NCBI RefSeq assembly: GCF_009914755.1
Contig: NC_060930.1
Reading direction: 5' to 3' (one strand)
DNA from: the human T2T-CHM13v2.0 reference genome, Homo sapiens
DNA length: 64,000 nucleotides
The notes under the pieces are model-generated. The model did no database searches, had not been told where the DNA came from, and worked only from the letters and a program-made list of their open reading frames with translations. A program made the position numbers and the translations under genes. This document shows positions 1 to 12,898 of the stretch, in pieces. Numbering within the stretch: position 1 is the stretch's first letter; every line of letters starts with the position of its first letter.

Positions 1-329
1 CAACAAAGGGAGATAAATTGTTTGCTCTTGGGGATGCTATTTGATGATTTGCCATCTAAATAAATTTATAATAATGCTATAATACATCAGTATAATCAAT
101 CAATTTAAAAAAAAACAAATATAAGATGTTTATCCTTGCCAGCCATACATTCAGAAAGGACATTTTTCCTTTTGTCACTATGAGCTATTTTAAATAATGA
201 AAAATACAAAATATAATATGACATGCAAAAAACACCCTTTACTAAATTAAATTATTTGGACATATATGCTTCATTCTTTCTCTAGTAAATTTAAGTAGTA
301 AAATAACACAAACACTACTAAAGCCTTAC

Positions 330-860
330 CACACAGCACTTCTATTCATCACTTTCCCTCCCCAGAAGCAAACATTATCCGAAGTTGATGTATATCCATT
401 CTATGGATATTTATAATGTTCTCATATATGATATGTTTAATCCATACAAAAATATACTATTATTTTATAGGTCTTTAAACATTAAATTATTTTAACTATT
501 AAATATATAAATTTGCATAAAATTTAACATATGTTCTGCAATTACTGTTATAAAATTATATATTTATTATAAATTTTAGAATTTACATATACATGCACAT
601 CTACAATATTCATTGTAACTTTTGTATAGTGTTTCTTTTTATAGGTTATTTAGAAAGTCTTTATATTACAGGAAAATAGGTTTTATTAGCATGTTTTATT
701 TTTATAATTAGTGTTCACAGAGCAAGCTCAATTACAGCTTCTTCATAGGTTCAATGGTCCTCTAGGACAGAATCAAAAGTGAAATTACTGGGCGACAAAG
801 TTTGAGTCTCAGATTCCTTAAGTATCATCATAATGTTTTTCTCCAAAATGTAATGTAATC
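330..860 (-). mobile_element. Ancient L1M (L1ME-like) 3' fragment, highly decayed
   Basis: Antisense L1ME-like stretches such as cctccccagaagcaaacattatcc and aagtgaaattactggg. Likely continuous with the fragment after the Alu. Confidence 0.4.
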
Positions 861-864
861 TTAT

Positions 865-1194
865 TTGTTTATTTTTATTTTATTTTTACCTATTTTTATT
901 CTTTTTTTGGCTCAGGGTGTTGATCTTTCACCCAGGTTAAAGTGCAGTGGCATGCTCATGTCTCACTGCAGTCTTGAAATTCTGGGCTTAAGTGATCCTC
1001 CTGTCTCAGTGTCTCAAGCAACTGGGGCTACTGGCACATGCCACCATGACTGGATTTTTTTTTTTAATTATATGTTTGGAGAGATAGTGTCTCATCATGT
1101 TGCACAGTCTGGTCTTGAAGACTTGGCCTCAAGGAATCCTTTCACTTCAGCCTCCCAAAGTGTTGGGATTATAAACATGAGCCACCGCATCCAG
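865..1194 (-). mobile_element. AluJ (old, diverged)
   Basis: T-rich tail, then the antisense Alu body (cccaggttaaagtgcagtggc...gcctcccaaagtgttgggattataaacatgagccaccgc). J-type tctgggcttaagtgatcctcc. Confidence 0.92.
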
Positions 1195-1379
1195 AAAATT
1201 TTAAATTATATTACTATCACCATGTAATACTGTATATATTTCTATATTTTATATAAATCAAATTATATATAAATTAATTAACACATATTTATATAAATTA
1301 AATTATATATGTTACATAATTATTTTAACCCCAAACATCTTCAGGTTTATGTCAATCAAGAATAAAGCATTCTTCTAGA

Positions 1380-2120
1380 TTTTTCAAAGATAGTTGATAT
1401 TTTGATACATTTAACTTTTTTTAAATTCTGTTTTCTAAGTTCTGACAGATTTAACTATTGCATGAAGATTGTATGCCCAGCAAACTTGCTAAAGTGTTCT
1501 CTTTTTAGAAATGGTAATAGTTATTCTGTAGGTTCTATTTAATTTCCAACATATATAATTCCATCATCCATAAATCCTAACAATCTTGCTTCTTTATATC
1601 TTGTCCGTACTAACTTTTATTTTTTTCTTACCTTATTGTACTAGTACTGGCTACCTCTATAATATAAAGCAAAGTGGCAGTTGTGGATATCTTTGATTAA
1701 TTTCTATTCTTGTAGTTAAACTTTTAATCCTTTAATGATAATTAGTTGGCTGGATTTTTCCCTTCATTTCTTTTATATACTTTTTTTGTTTGTTGTATTT
1801 TTGTAGATACACTTCAATCCCTAATTTTCTGGGAGTTATTTTCATAAAACTTATGTTGAATTTATTAAAGACCTTTAAGATCTTTGATACATTTATTGAT
1901 GAGATCATAGTATATCTCCTTTACCTTATTTAATATAAGGTACCTTGTATTAATGCTACCTTGCATTAATATATTTTCTGATGTAAAACCAACTTTCACT
2001 TCACTATTAGAATTTATTCAGCCAATGATGCATGATGATGTGTGATGTATGTGTCTAAATGTTTGTGTGTGCATTTTAATGTTGATTCAATGGGTTTGTT
2101 AATATTTTAAAGGGTTTTAA
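1380..2120 (-). mobile_element. Ancient L1M ORF2 fragment
   Basis: Antisense L1 ORF2-like text: gtatgcccagcaaacttgct, ttcttaccttattgtactag, aagtggcagttgtggatatcttt, tttattgatgagatcatag. Confidence 0.6.
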
Positions 2121-3627
2121 TTTTACCCTAATTGAAACTGCTTCATAAGTTGCTTTATATTATAATTGTGCTTATTGCTGAACATGTCTTATTTTCCATA
2201 AGCGAGACTGCTTATTTTTTGTGCAATTGTGTATACACTGGTGGGTATATTTTAAGGTACTAATTCATTTTCTTACTAATTCATTTTTCACTTAATTCTA
2301 TTAATAAATTTAGGCCTTTAATTGAATAGTATATATTTTTCTTCTTGAGTGGAATTTTAAGATATCCGTTTCATAACATCAATTTTGTGTTAATTCAAAT
2401 AGTTTAATTGTCAAAGCAAACTCAATGGAAATTACTGACCTTATGCGACACCAATCTTCAGGAATGATTCAAATAATAAGGCAAATCTCAGAAATAGATG
2501 AAAACTTCTTGTCCTAAAGGATCAAAATACTGCCAGATTCAGTTTCCAAAATTTATTTTTCTCCTGTACTCGGATTCCTTTTTATTTCAGATTAACTGGA
2601 GAGATTTAAGCAATCCATTGAAAAACAATTACACAAATAAAGCCATTTAGTTTGACTCCATTTGAGATTCCACTAATTACGCAGTTTTAATGATGACCTT
2701 TCATCATCCTGTTAGCCCTGCCACATATATTCGTAATATATAGGTGGGTTTTTACTTTTTGTTTTTAATAAGCATTTGCGACACACTAGATATGACACAC
2801 TATGTATGTTTTATAGACAGGGAATCCTAAAATTTTATGCTACTAAATATCATTAATATGTTATGAAAGTAATCTTTTTAGGATTTTTTTATGTGTTAGC
2901 AAGGGTACTTTGTCCAGGTTATTCATTTCTTCAGGCATCTCTTTTCAATGAAAGGGTGAGTCAGGTCCTTACCACCCACTTGACTTTAATTAATATCTCC
3001 TTGCCACATATTTCTTGGCTATTTTGGATAATTTGTTTTACATGATATTTTATATTAAACAATAAGCTACTAAATCCCTAATTATGTCTTGGATTTGAGC
3101 CATCCAATAGAAAGTGATAATTTCCTCTCTATGACATGTTAGTTGCAACCATATTCCTTCTTCACAGATTCTTTGATGCTCTCTTAACCACTGAATTATC
3201 CTTTTCTTCCATCATTGACAGTTTCTTGAAAATTTATACATGTATTGATTAAGAGATGTAATTGTGTTCTTAGTTGTTCTAAGGCCAATTTTATTTTTTC
3301 CACTGGATACTATTTTCCATAGCTATCAAAATCAACTGAAGACTTCAGATTAACCACATGAAATCTTTTCTAACCTGGAAGATCACTAGCTACATGCATT
3401 CACTTCCACTTTGTTCTATTAATAAATCTATAGCCCCTTGTTACACCATATAGCCACATTGATATAAGAAATGTTTAACACACCATAAATCAGATAAATT
3501 ACAGTATCTTTTCCCATTCCTTCCCCAAAGAAATAACCTTATTCTATGTACTACCCATAGTCAGTGATAGGGATGGGACTAGAGAGTATTATTCAGTAAA
3601 TTTTCTATTTTAATTGCTTTATACAAT

Positions 3628-3980
3628 ATATTTGTCCATTCTCTCATTGCTATAGAGAACTACCTGAGACTGGATAATTTATAAAGAAGAGAGGTTCAAT
3701 TGGCTCACGGCTCTGTGAGGTGTACAAGCTTCTGCTTCTGGGGAGGCCTCAGGAAAGTTACAATCATGGTGGAAGGTGAAGGGGAAGCAAGCATATCGTC
3801 ACGTGGGTGGCACGGTGGTGGGGGGAAGTGCTACACACTTTCACAACAGCCAGATCTCATGAGAACTCATTCACTATCACAAGAAGAGCAAGGGGAAAGT
3901 ACATTCCCATGATTCAATCACGTCTTACCAGGCTCCTCTAACACTGGGATTTGGGTAGAGACACAGAACCAAGCCATATA
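3628..3980 (-). mobile_element. MaLR solo LTR, MSTA-like
   Basis: Matches reverse MST/THE1 LTR: gtccattctctcattgctatagagaactacctgagactgg...gggaggcctcaggaaagttacaatcatggtggaaggtgaaggggaagc...gacacagaaccaagccatat. Confidence 0.9.
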
Positions 3981-3999
3981 ATTGATGTAATTGTACCAT

Positions 4000-6900
4000 A
4001 GGCATCATGGCACAGGTTTTCAGTGACATCAGCTTCCAAGTATCATTATAAAACATTCTTTTTCCCCACAAGGACAGACAGGCTCCCTCTCAAGGACAGG
4101 CTCTTCAATAACAAGAAAAAATATGTTCAATTTTATCCATTGTGCCAATGTGATTAGAGAACAAGAATGTGGCCATTGTCCAGTGACATCACCCCATAAA
4201 TGTGCTCTGGTAGTTTAGACTTCTAGCATTGATCCACAGGGACATTTGTATTGTTTTTCTCAGTGCGCATATTTGCAAGGTCTCATCAGACTTCACAGAG
4301 TACACACATAAGGCTTTCATTTACAGGTGAAGGATATAGTGCAGACAGAGAGAGTGCAGGCAAGTGTCTGAAGTGAGATCTAAGAGATATCCCATAGTAC
4401 AAGGTCCCTTCAGGTTCAACCTTTGTGCACATATACTGCACTAAGGTGTTACCTCTGGCTTGAACCACCAAAAACTGTGGCAGAAATCTTGACTTTGGGT
4501 CAACAGCCAGTAAAATATCTCAGTGGCTTTTAAGTAGTCAAGACAGGGTTGGCAAAACTACTAGCCCATTGTAAGTCATCAGCAGAGAAGCTAACACTGA
4601 AGGTCGACAGGGAAGTTTCAGACTTTAACACTACATCATAAATCTCACTGCACTTATCTTGGTTGAGAGTCCAGGCAGATCCAGGCATTCTGTGAGACAA
4701 AGCACATTCTCATTTTAGCTTCAGATCAACTCTGTTACCACATTAAATTCTAAAGTGATCAAAGTATCCAATAGTCCCTCCTCGGTGAGGGGGCAGCTCC
4801 CTTCAGGCATTGTTATCAGCCATTTGTTCTATCAACTTGGTGACACATCCAATCCTTTTAAATTTTTTTATTACCGTACCAAGCTGACTTCCAGCAGTAG
4901 CCAATATCCTGGAAAGATCCAATGAATGTCACGAGCTTGGTGGTTGGCCTGAGGATGTGGGAGGGACATCACAGCTTCTGTAACAATGGCTTTGCCACCC
5001 CAACATCTTCTGCAACGCCAAGTACATAGTAAATATGTGATAAATATTTGTTTGCATAATAAAAAATTACCTCCCTGCTATGGAGTGTCCCTATTTGATT
5101 AATAAGTTATCTTTAATTATAATGACTAGTCTCCAGGGATGTAATTTTTTCTGGACATGGTCACCTGAGACTAGCTTTAAAATTTTAGCACAATGGGACC
5201 AGCCATGTACTGTTGACATTATATATCCTTGGTTTCAGGACAATTTGAATATGCCATGTGCACATAAAATTTTGTGTATGCCATGTAACAGTCAATCAGG
5301 GATATTCGATCCTTAAGTACAGCTCAGTCTGATTGTGCCATGAGGTGACCCTGGAGAGCTTCAAAAGATAATCATTAGTGTTATGTGGCCTCTGTATCAC
5401 TCCTTTGGGGTCATGCAAGCTGTGTAAAAACTTTTCTTATAAATATTTCTCCACATTCGCAGCCTGTATATTTGAAGAAGCAAATCAAGCTCTGAAATAT
5501 TGGGCAAGTATAGCAGCATTCTTTTTCCCATTATATCCAGGTATTTGTCTTGGCAGGTGTCACCATAATTTACATCCACAGTGAAAAAATTGCTCAGCTG
5601 CAAATCAGCCCCCTACCCATGCAATTCAATGGTGGCAGTTCTCTTAGGATACCTGAAAAAAAATAAAATAGTAAAAAAATTTATAACTCATGAGTCACAT
5701 GGTAGCTTGAGTCAACTCTTGGTCAGTTCAATAATCAGAAGACGCTGAATCCCATCTTTCTTTCAGATTATCCTGGTGGATTTTTAATGCACAGATACCA
5801 ACCATCTTCCTTTCTGTACATAGAATAAGTGAAGTTGCTCCTCCATCATTAGCCATCCATTAGTATCAGATCTGAAAGCGATAAATACAAGTATTATTTT
5901 TTTGCTGTGACACATACTTTTGGGAATAACACTATTGCCTCCTTCCCTGAGGTGATAACCCATCTGTGAACCCTTTCATTATTTTCATAATTTCTTCCAT
6001 TTTCCTTTTATTACCTGTTTAATTCATATTCCTCACTCCCATTCCTGATGTTTTTTTCTTTTGCTGTTGGTTTGGCTTGGCTAGGTTGTACTGTTAGTAC
6101 ATTAGTATATGCAGTAACATCAGTCCCTACGAAAGTGTAGTAGGATTTAGGAGGTAAAAAGAGTTACAAAACTCTCTTCCATTTGGTAAATGGGCTGGAA
6201 TTAGTTAACCCTACTATGATTAGATGGAGTGACTTTATGGCCATAATGAAATTCCTTTAGGAATAAATACACACTGTCAATTGTATGTTGATAGTTCTCT
6301 CTACTAATACAGGCAATACAACCACGATTTCAATGAAATTAAATCAGGAAAGATAAAAGAAAAAAATTATTAGATGGGTAATACACGAAGTTATGTACTG
6401 CATCATTCCTCATACTTTATTTCAACTGTCCCATTGCAAAAAAATTTTCACCGAAGTTCCCAATACACTGCATCTCCTGTCTCATTTAGTGTGAGGATAT
6501 AGTTTTTCGTCAACTTACCCAGCTTTTCCAAAGTTTTTTCACCATCTGTTTAAGCAGCAGGTATTCTAATTATCCATTCTAATTTTAATCTAACTTTTGT
6601 TCTTAGGCTGATAAAGAATGTGATACGTCCATATCATATGTTTCTGTGTTGATTTTTTGTACATTAGTGGCAGTAAAATTGTAAAGTGGTAAATAGAATA
6701 AAATTATGCAGTGAAGTACATAATCAGATAAAGTATATTGAAGTAGGCCAAGATGCTAGATAATTTACAGTTTCAAAACTTTAATTACATTATTTCTGGT
6801 TGCTTCTACCATTTGGAGAGCAAAACCTAGATGAAATATTCTCGGAATTCCAGCACATTCTCAGCAGTCCATCTCCAAGGTCTACCTTTATGATTTCAGG

Positions 6901-9070
6901 GCAATTCACCTTCCTCTAAATTCTATAACAACAGTACCCCACATGAATATTTTATTGTCAGGTTATCCTGGGCCCATTTGCCTGACTACTCCACCTTTCC
7001 ACAATATTGTTGGCTTAGGGGCAAGATTATACAAATATCCAAACTATCCGGAGAATACAAATGTAATACCTCCTCCATCCCTAAATAAATAGTTCACTGC
7101 CCTGCTCATTGTGCACTTTTGACTTAACATTCTTCTATCAGAGATTTATGATCTGCTGGATACAGCAAAGTCAATTTCAAAAAAAGCAAGTAAACCTCCA
7201 TTTGGGTACTCCCAATGGGGAATCAAACAGCTTGTTTTGTCTTGGCCAGGAGATGACTACAGAATTTAGAAATAGAACAATGAGTGGGGAGATCCCCAGA
7301 GGGATGAAGTCATGGCCCTCAGGCAATCTGTTCATGTATGGGTAAATTCACCCTGATCTTCTTTATGTTTCATTATCTTGAGTATAGCATATCCATTTTA
7401 TCAATGAGTTCTGCTGAGCAGCTCCTTCTATATTTGCATATTTCTATTACATTTCCCAAAACACACCAGGTATTACCTGTTTCAGGATTATTTTGTATAC
7501 TTCTATGTTGGGGGCATTTCTACAAATGTCTAGTGAAAAGCTAGCAATTATCTTCCAAAAGACTATAATGAATGACCATATCAGGCAGCTTTTGAGTCTA
7601 AAATCCCAGTGGTCTCTGCTGAGTTGCATTATTCAGTTTCTACCACACGCTCCTGATGTGCTTTCTTGTTGCAGTCACTTTTAAAATCATCTGAGCAGTC
7701 AGGTCATAAGGTCTCAGTGGGAAAGCCTGAGCTGTAAACCTTTGTGAAGCATTTAATGCCTGTTTCTGTTCAAAGTCCCACTCAAATTCACATTTCTTTC
7801 TGGTGAGTTTGTGAATAGAGACCAGCAGTATTGCAGTATTTCTAAATGGGCAATGTGATTTTGTCCAAACCCAAATGGTCCCACCAGTCCCCGGGTTTCC
7901 TCTTTAGTGGCACTGTAAGAAATAATGTATTCCTCACAGTTCAAGGGATGTTTCCAATTACTTCTACCCATGTCGTTACAAAACATATCATGGACGGGGT
8001 TGTACTTTAAAGTTAATTGAATGTGGATCCACTCTTTAGTGGTCGTATGAGTGGCTACTAAATTCCTAAATATCTCAGTTCACCCTCTAGGGAATTATCA
8101 AATAAGCATTGTAGTACATTACCTTGCTTTTAAAATTTAGCAAGTCCAAGTCCAAGCCTCACTGAACTAGATTAAGATAGTATGCAGGCAAAATCACTAT
8201 GCCTATAGGAAATCCTTAAATATTAACTGTCATTTCTAGAAAATGCAAATTTTGCCTTACTGGATTCTAAGGTAAAAATTGAGAATAAAGCATTAGTCAG
8301 CATACTGTGTTCTACTAATCATCTTTGGCCTTCTTCAGTTCCTGTGTAGTCTTTATTGTATCAGACATGGCTGAGGGACTCTGGAGAACCATTTTGTTTA
8401 ATCTCTGAAAGTTTGTGATTAGTCTCTATAAATAGTTATTCATATTGTTAGTCTCTATGAACAATCTGGCCAGAACACCAGTCTAACAGAAATATTAAAT
8501 AGGGAGTTAATGGAAATTATTGCTCTTGTATTAACCACTTCCAAAAAGAGCAATGATCTCTTGTTGCATCCTACTTAGCTTAATGTTTATTATGGGTAAA
8601 TATGGGATATTATGAAGTCTCCCTTCAGCATGTCCATTTAAAATTGGACAAAAAGCAGACAGTTGACATTCCATATGAAGATGGAAAAGGCAGAGCCTTC
8701 CATTTGCACCTATTTTTTTTTCAATTATGCATCCAGGTAATGGGGATACAACCAAGAAGACGGTTTACAGTCAATTTTTGAATCATACATTTCCTATGAC
8801 TTTATCCATCACCATGAAATCTTCAAGTATCAACTTTGGGACATGAAGAGTGCCCAAAAAGTAGTCACAAAAAGTTTTGCATACTAACCTGAGGCTACTT
8901 GGGAATCTCTCCTAGCCCAAGTGTTGGGAAAGTACATCCTGTTCTACCTTTTTCAGTTTTAATCTTTTTAAGACCCCCTGGTTTTAGCTTAGGGGATAAA
9001 TTCAACTCTCTGTTCAATAACTTTCCACTATAAATTCTAATCCTCATAATTAGATACAAATACATTCACA
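4000..9070 (-). mobile_element. Decayed class III (ERVL-type) endogenous retrovirus internal region: PR-RT-RH-IN remnants plus 3' region
   Basis: Minus-strand translations resemble ERVL Pol in the correct order: VVSPLPGCII (~8750), ATKEETRGLVGPFGFGQNHIAHL (~7900, cf. TTKKEAQRLVGLFGFWRQHIPHL), GAAQQNSLIKWICY (~7400, cf. GHAQQHSIIKWKWY), KWAQ (~6975), IWTYHILYQP...LLKQ (~6620, integrase core). Many stops and frameshifts. Pol is ~6300-8900; the outer bounds are uncertain. Confidence 0.8.
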
Positions 9071-9124
9071 CTGAAATATAAAGAGCTATTTCAATAGGAG
9101 ATTTAAGAGGTATCTTTGGGTCTT

Positions 9125-10430
9125 TCTTTGTTATCCATGACCTTGAGAGTTCTGAACGATTAAAAGCAGTTTTTTGTAAAGTGTGCTTCCATTTGGATTT
9201 GTCTGATGTTTTCTCATAATTAGACAGGGGTTATGGGTTTTGGGGAAGAATACCATAAAGGTGAGTGCTCATCTCATTTCACCTGATCAGGAGGCACATA
9301 ATATTTACATGCCTTGTCACTGTTGATGTTAATCTTCATCATTTAGAAATAGATGGTTAAAGTACTGTTTGACAGGTTTATCCACGGTGAAGTTACTATT
9401 TTTTCCTTTTTCCATTCTCGATTCAAAAGGGTGAAAAACTGTGACCCACAGGCCAAATCTGGCCTACCATTCATTTTTGTAAATGAAGTTTTTACTGAAA
9501 CATTGCCATAACTATTAATTTATGCTTTATCTAAGCTGCTTTGAAACATTTTTACAATAACAGAGTTGAGTATTTGTCACAGAGATCTCTGGCATGCCAA
9601 GTTTAAAATATTTAATGTCTCCTTTTAAATATAAGTTTTTCAGAGCCTGCCTATTCTTTGAAAGCAAGTCACAAAATCAAGCACAACTTCAAGAGGAGGA
9701 GAAGCAGTCTGGAAGAAGAGGTATCTATAATGTTATTTGGAAATTGTATTAAATTACATTAGTCTCTCTCATTTATTTTTCCATTTATTTCTATCAGTAT
9801 ATGCTCATGGATATTTATTTTATTCTTTGTGTTAAAATCCAGTAGTAATATTGTTGATTATGTGGCTCAAATTGTGTCAGTTTTCATCATTAGAAAGGCT
9901 TTCAAGTTCAGGTTTACTCCAGTATGTTTTTGATATCCGTTTTTTGGGGAGGGGACTATAAGATGCTCCAGAATTGTCTTATATAATCTCTTCCCCAGTG
10001 CTAAAATCAGCCATCTCTCCAAAGACGTCTGGTTTCTTTTAGTAGAAAATGGTACTTGGAAACCAAGATCTGACCATATATACCAATATATTTATACTTA
10101 TTCTGTAGTAATTGATCTGGATATACGTGTTAAAATAAACTTTTAATTTTATTTTATATAATATATATTATTATGTTTATAACAAAATAAATAAGCTTTT
10201 AATTTATTTTTCATATTGATATTTTTGACTATGAACAACAGAGTTAATATGAGACAACTTTTTTTGCTTATTTGTAACTTCTTTCTCTAACAGCAAAAAC
10301 CTGGATCTAGTATCTAAATTTTTTTGAAATATTTGTTTAACCTAGTTTACATGTAAAGTGGTTTTGGTATTAATAATTGGTATATCTAAGAAAAACAAAT
10401 TTACCAACTAGAATACAGGGTTTACTTTTC
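9125..10430 (-). mobile_element. L1MC (L1MC3/4-like) 3' end, interrupted by MER58A
   Basis: Characteristic antisense 3' UTR text: catgaccttga...tttgtctgatgttttctcataattagacaggggttatgggttttgggg...gttactatt. Resumes after 9650 (ggtacttggaaaccaagatctg). Confidence 0.8.
9427..9649 (+). mobile_element. MER58A (hAT-Charlie MITE)
   Basis: ggccaaatctggcc...tttttgtaaatgaagtttt...cagagttgagtatttgtcacagaga...aaaatattta follows the MER58A consensus end to end. Confidence 0.85.
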
Positions 10431-10516
10431 TTTTGTTTTGGCAGAGTTGTTTTATTTTCTGTTTTTCCTAGGTAAATACACTTAAAATTTCTAGAAGCCT
10501 ATTTATAGAGGCCTCA

Positions 10517-10826
10517 TTTTTTTCTTTTTTTTTTCTTTTTTTTAGAGACTAGGTCTTGCTCTGTTACCCAGGCTGTGTGCAATGGCACAATCATACCTCA
10601 CTGCAACTTCAGACTTCCATGCTCAAGTGATTCTCTGGCCTCAGCCTCCTGAGTAGCTGGGACTACAGGTGAATGCCACCATGCCTGGCTCATTTTTAAG
10701 TTTTTTGTTGAGATGAGACCTTCCTATGTTGTCCAGGCTGGTCTCAGAACTCCTGGCCTCAAGTAATTCTCCCAGCTCACCCTCTCAAAGTGCTGGGATT
10801 TCAGGCATGAACCACCATACCTACCC
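10517..10826 (-). mobile_element. AluJ
   Basis: Poly-T tail then full antisense Alu with J-type gctcaagtgattctc and actcctggcctcaagtaattctcc. Confidence 0.93.
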
Positions 10827-11909
10827 AACTAATATTTTCTACATAGACAATCTCTATAGGAATTCAGAGTAAGAACAAATGAGTGCACTAAATAACCAAC
10901 AAAAACTAGCAAAACAGTTGCAGTCTCAAAAGAAAATGAAAATGCTAAGGCAAAAGTCTAAATACAATTCCTAGAATTAGTTATCAGGATTCACAAAATA
11001 TACATATATATGTATATATATTTTATATAAATATATAGGTGCTTATGCCATGCACAATAGGCTGACGGACGGCACATTCCCCTTGTACTTGATGAAACTG
11101 ATAGTAAAATAAGAAACTATATTCAATGTCAAAAGGTGAGGACGGCTTGAAAGTGGCTATGGCTAAAATTTCCAAGTATAAGACTTGCCATATAGCTGGC
11201 AATTGGATTACATAGAACATCTACCAGTAGCCTTAAGAGGTTATAAGGTGTTAACTTGGGCTCTTAATCTACTATAGGATTTTCTTACCTTATAAAATAA
11301 GTAACCTCCAATAATATGTTTAAAGTTTTGAAACAGAAAATGTTCTGTCAATTAATCCCATCTGCTTATATTTCTTCCAAAGTTCAGATTTCACTGATGC
11401 CAATAGGCATTTCCCAAATTGGAAAGTAAAGAGAAAGATAGAAGTTGTCTCATAGAATAATAAAAATGGATTACTCAAAGACAGTTTACTTGAAACTGCT
11501 CGCAAAGTATGGATTGGGTGGTTAAGTGAATGTGTACAAAAAAATAGATATGAGGACTTCTTTTAGTTTTCACATATAAAGATATTGGATACAGTGATTC
11601 TTATACTTACATAAAGAAAAAGCTAAGTGCATTGAAAGCAACAAATTTCCTTAAACTTATTAGATAACTCAGGTCACAGGACAGAAATGTCACCCTAAGA
11701 TCTGGAAACACAGTCAAATCCAGAAGTCACAGCCAAGTTATGGTTACTTTAAGCAGAACCTGGTGGAGCCATCAATTGGTAGAAAAACTTAAATGGTAAT
11801 TTTGATGATGTGCCATACTAATCTGCGTGTGGACAGTTTTGAGAGCGAGGAACTACTAAGAACTTCTGTCTTAAGGAGGCCCATACACTTTAGTAGGCTT
11901 TACTTCTAG

Positions 11910-12374
<465 letters not shown>

Positions 12375-12898
12375 AGCAGGCTTTTATCTCACCTTGTGAA
12401 GAGACATTTATCTCATTGTAGCCCCCATAGCCTTCTTTTCTCATTTAAGAGTCAGGAAAAGAAAGCTAACAAAGACTTGTGACGGTCTATGGACACAGCC
12501 TAGGAACCCTGATAGAGATCTAATAATAAGAATATAGAATGCTTCCACTCCCCAACAATTTACTTCCTCACCAACAGGGCTCCAGTTAAATAATATTGGA
12601 TTATACCAGAAAGAACATCAAGGCACAGACTCTATGTAAGGAGAAATTCTAAGAGAAACCTAAAGACAAAAGTGGAGACAAAATAAGGGCTAAGAGGGGA
12701 TTTGAATCCTGTGGCACCTGCAGCTACAGCAAGGATTCGGCTCTGTCTAAGGTTCAGTTAGATTAGCATACAATCTCAAACTAAAGGCCTGTTTACCTCA
12801 ATTTCTATTGCATAATACATGGTATCTGGCTTTCACCAAACAAGCCATAATTAATGCTAAAAGAAAAAGCATAGTCTTAAGAGACAAAGGAAACATTA

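Noticed and set aside
865-1227. Alu-overlapping ORFs (also 11931, 22005, 27911, 59822, 61444)
   Set aside because: Standard Alu translation motifs (LECSG, SPASAS, WDYR); not genes.
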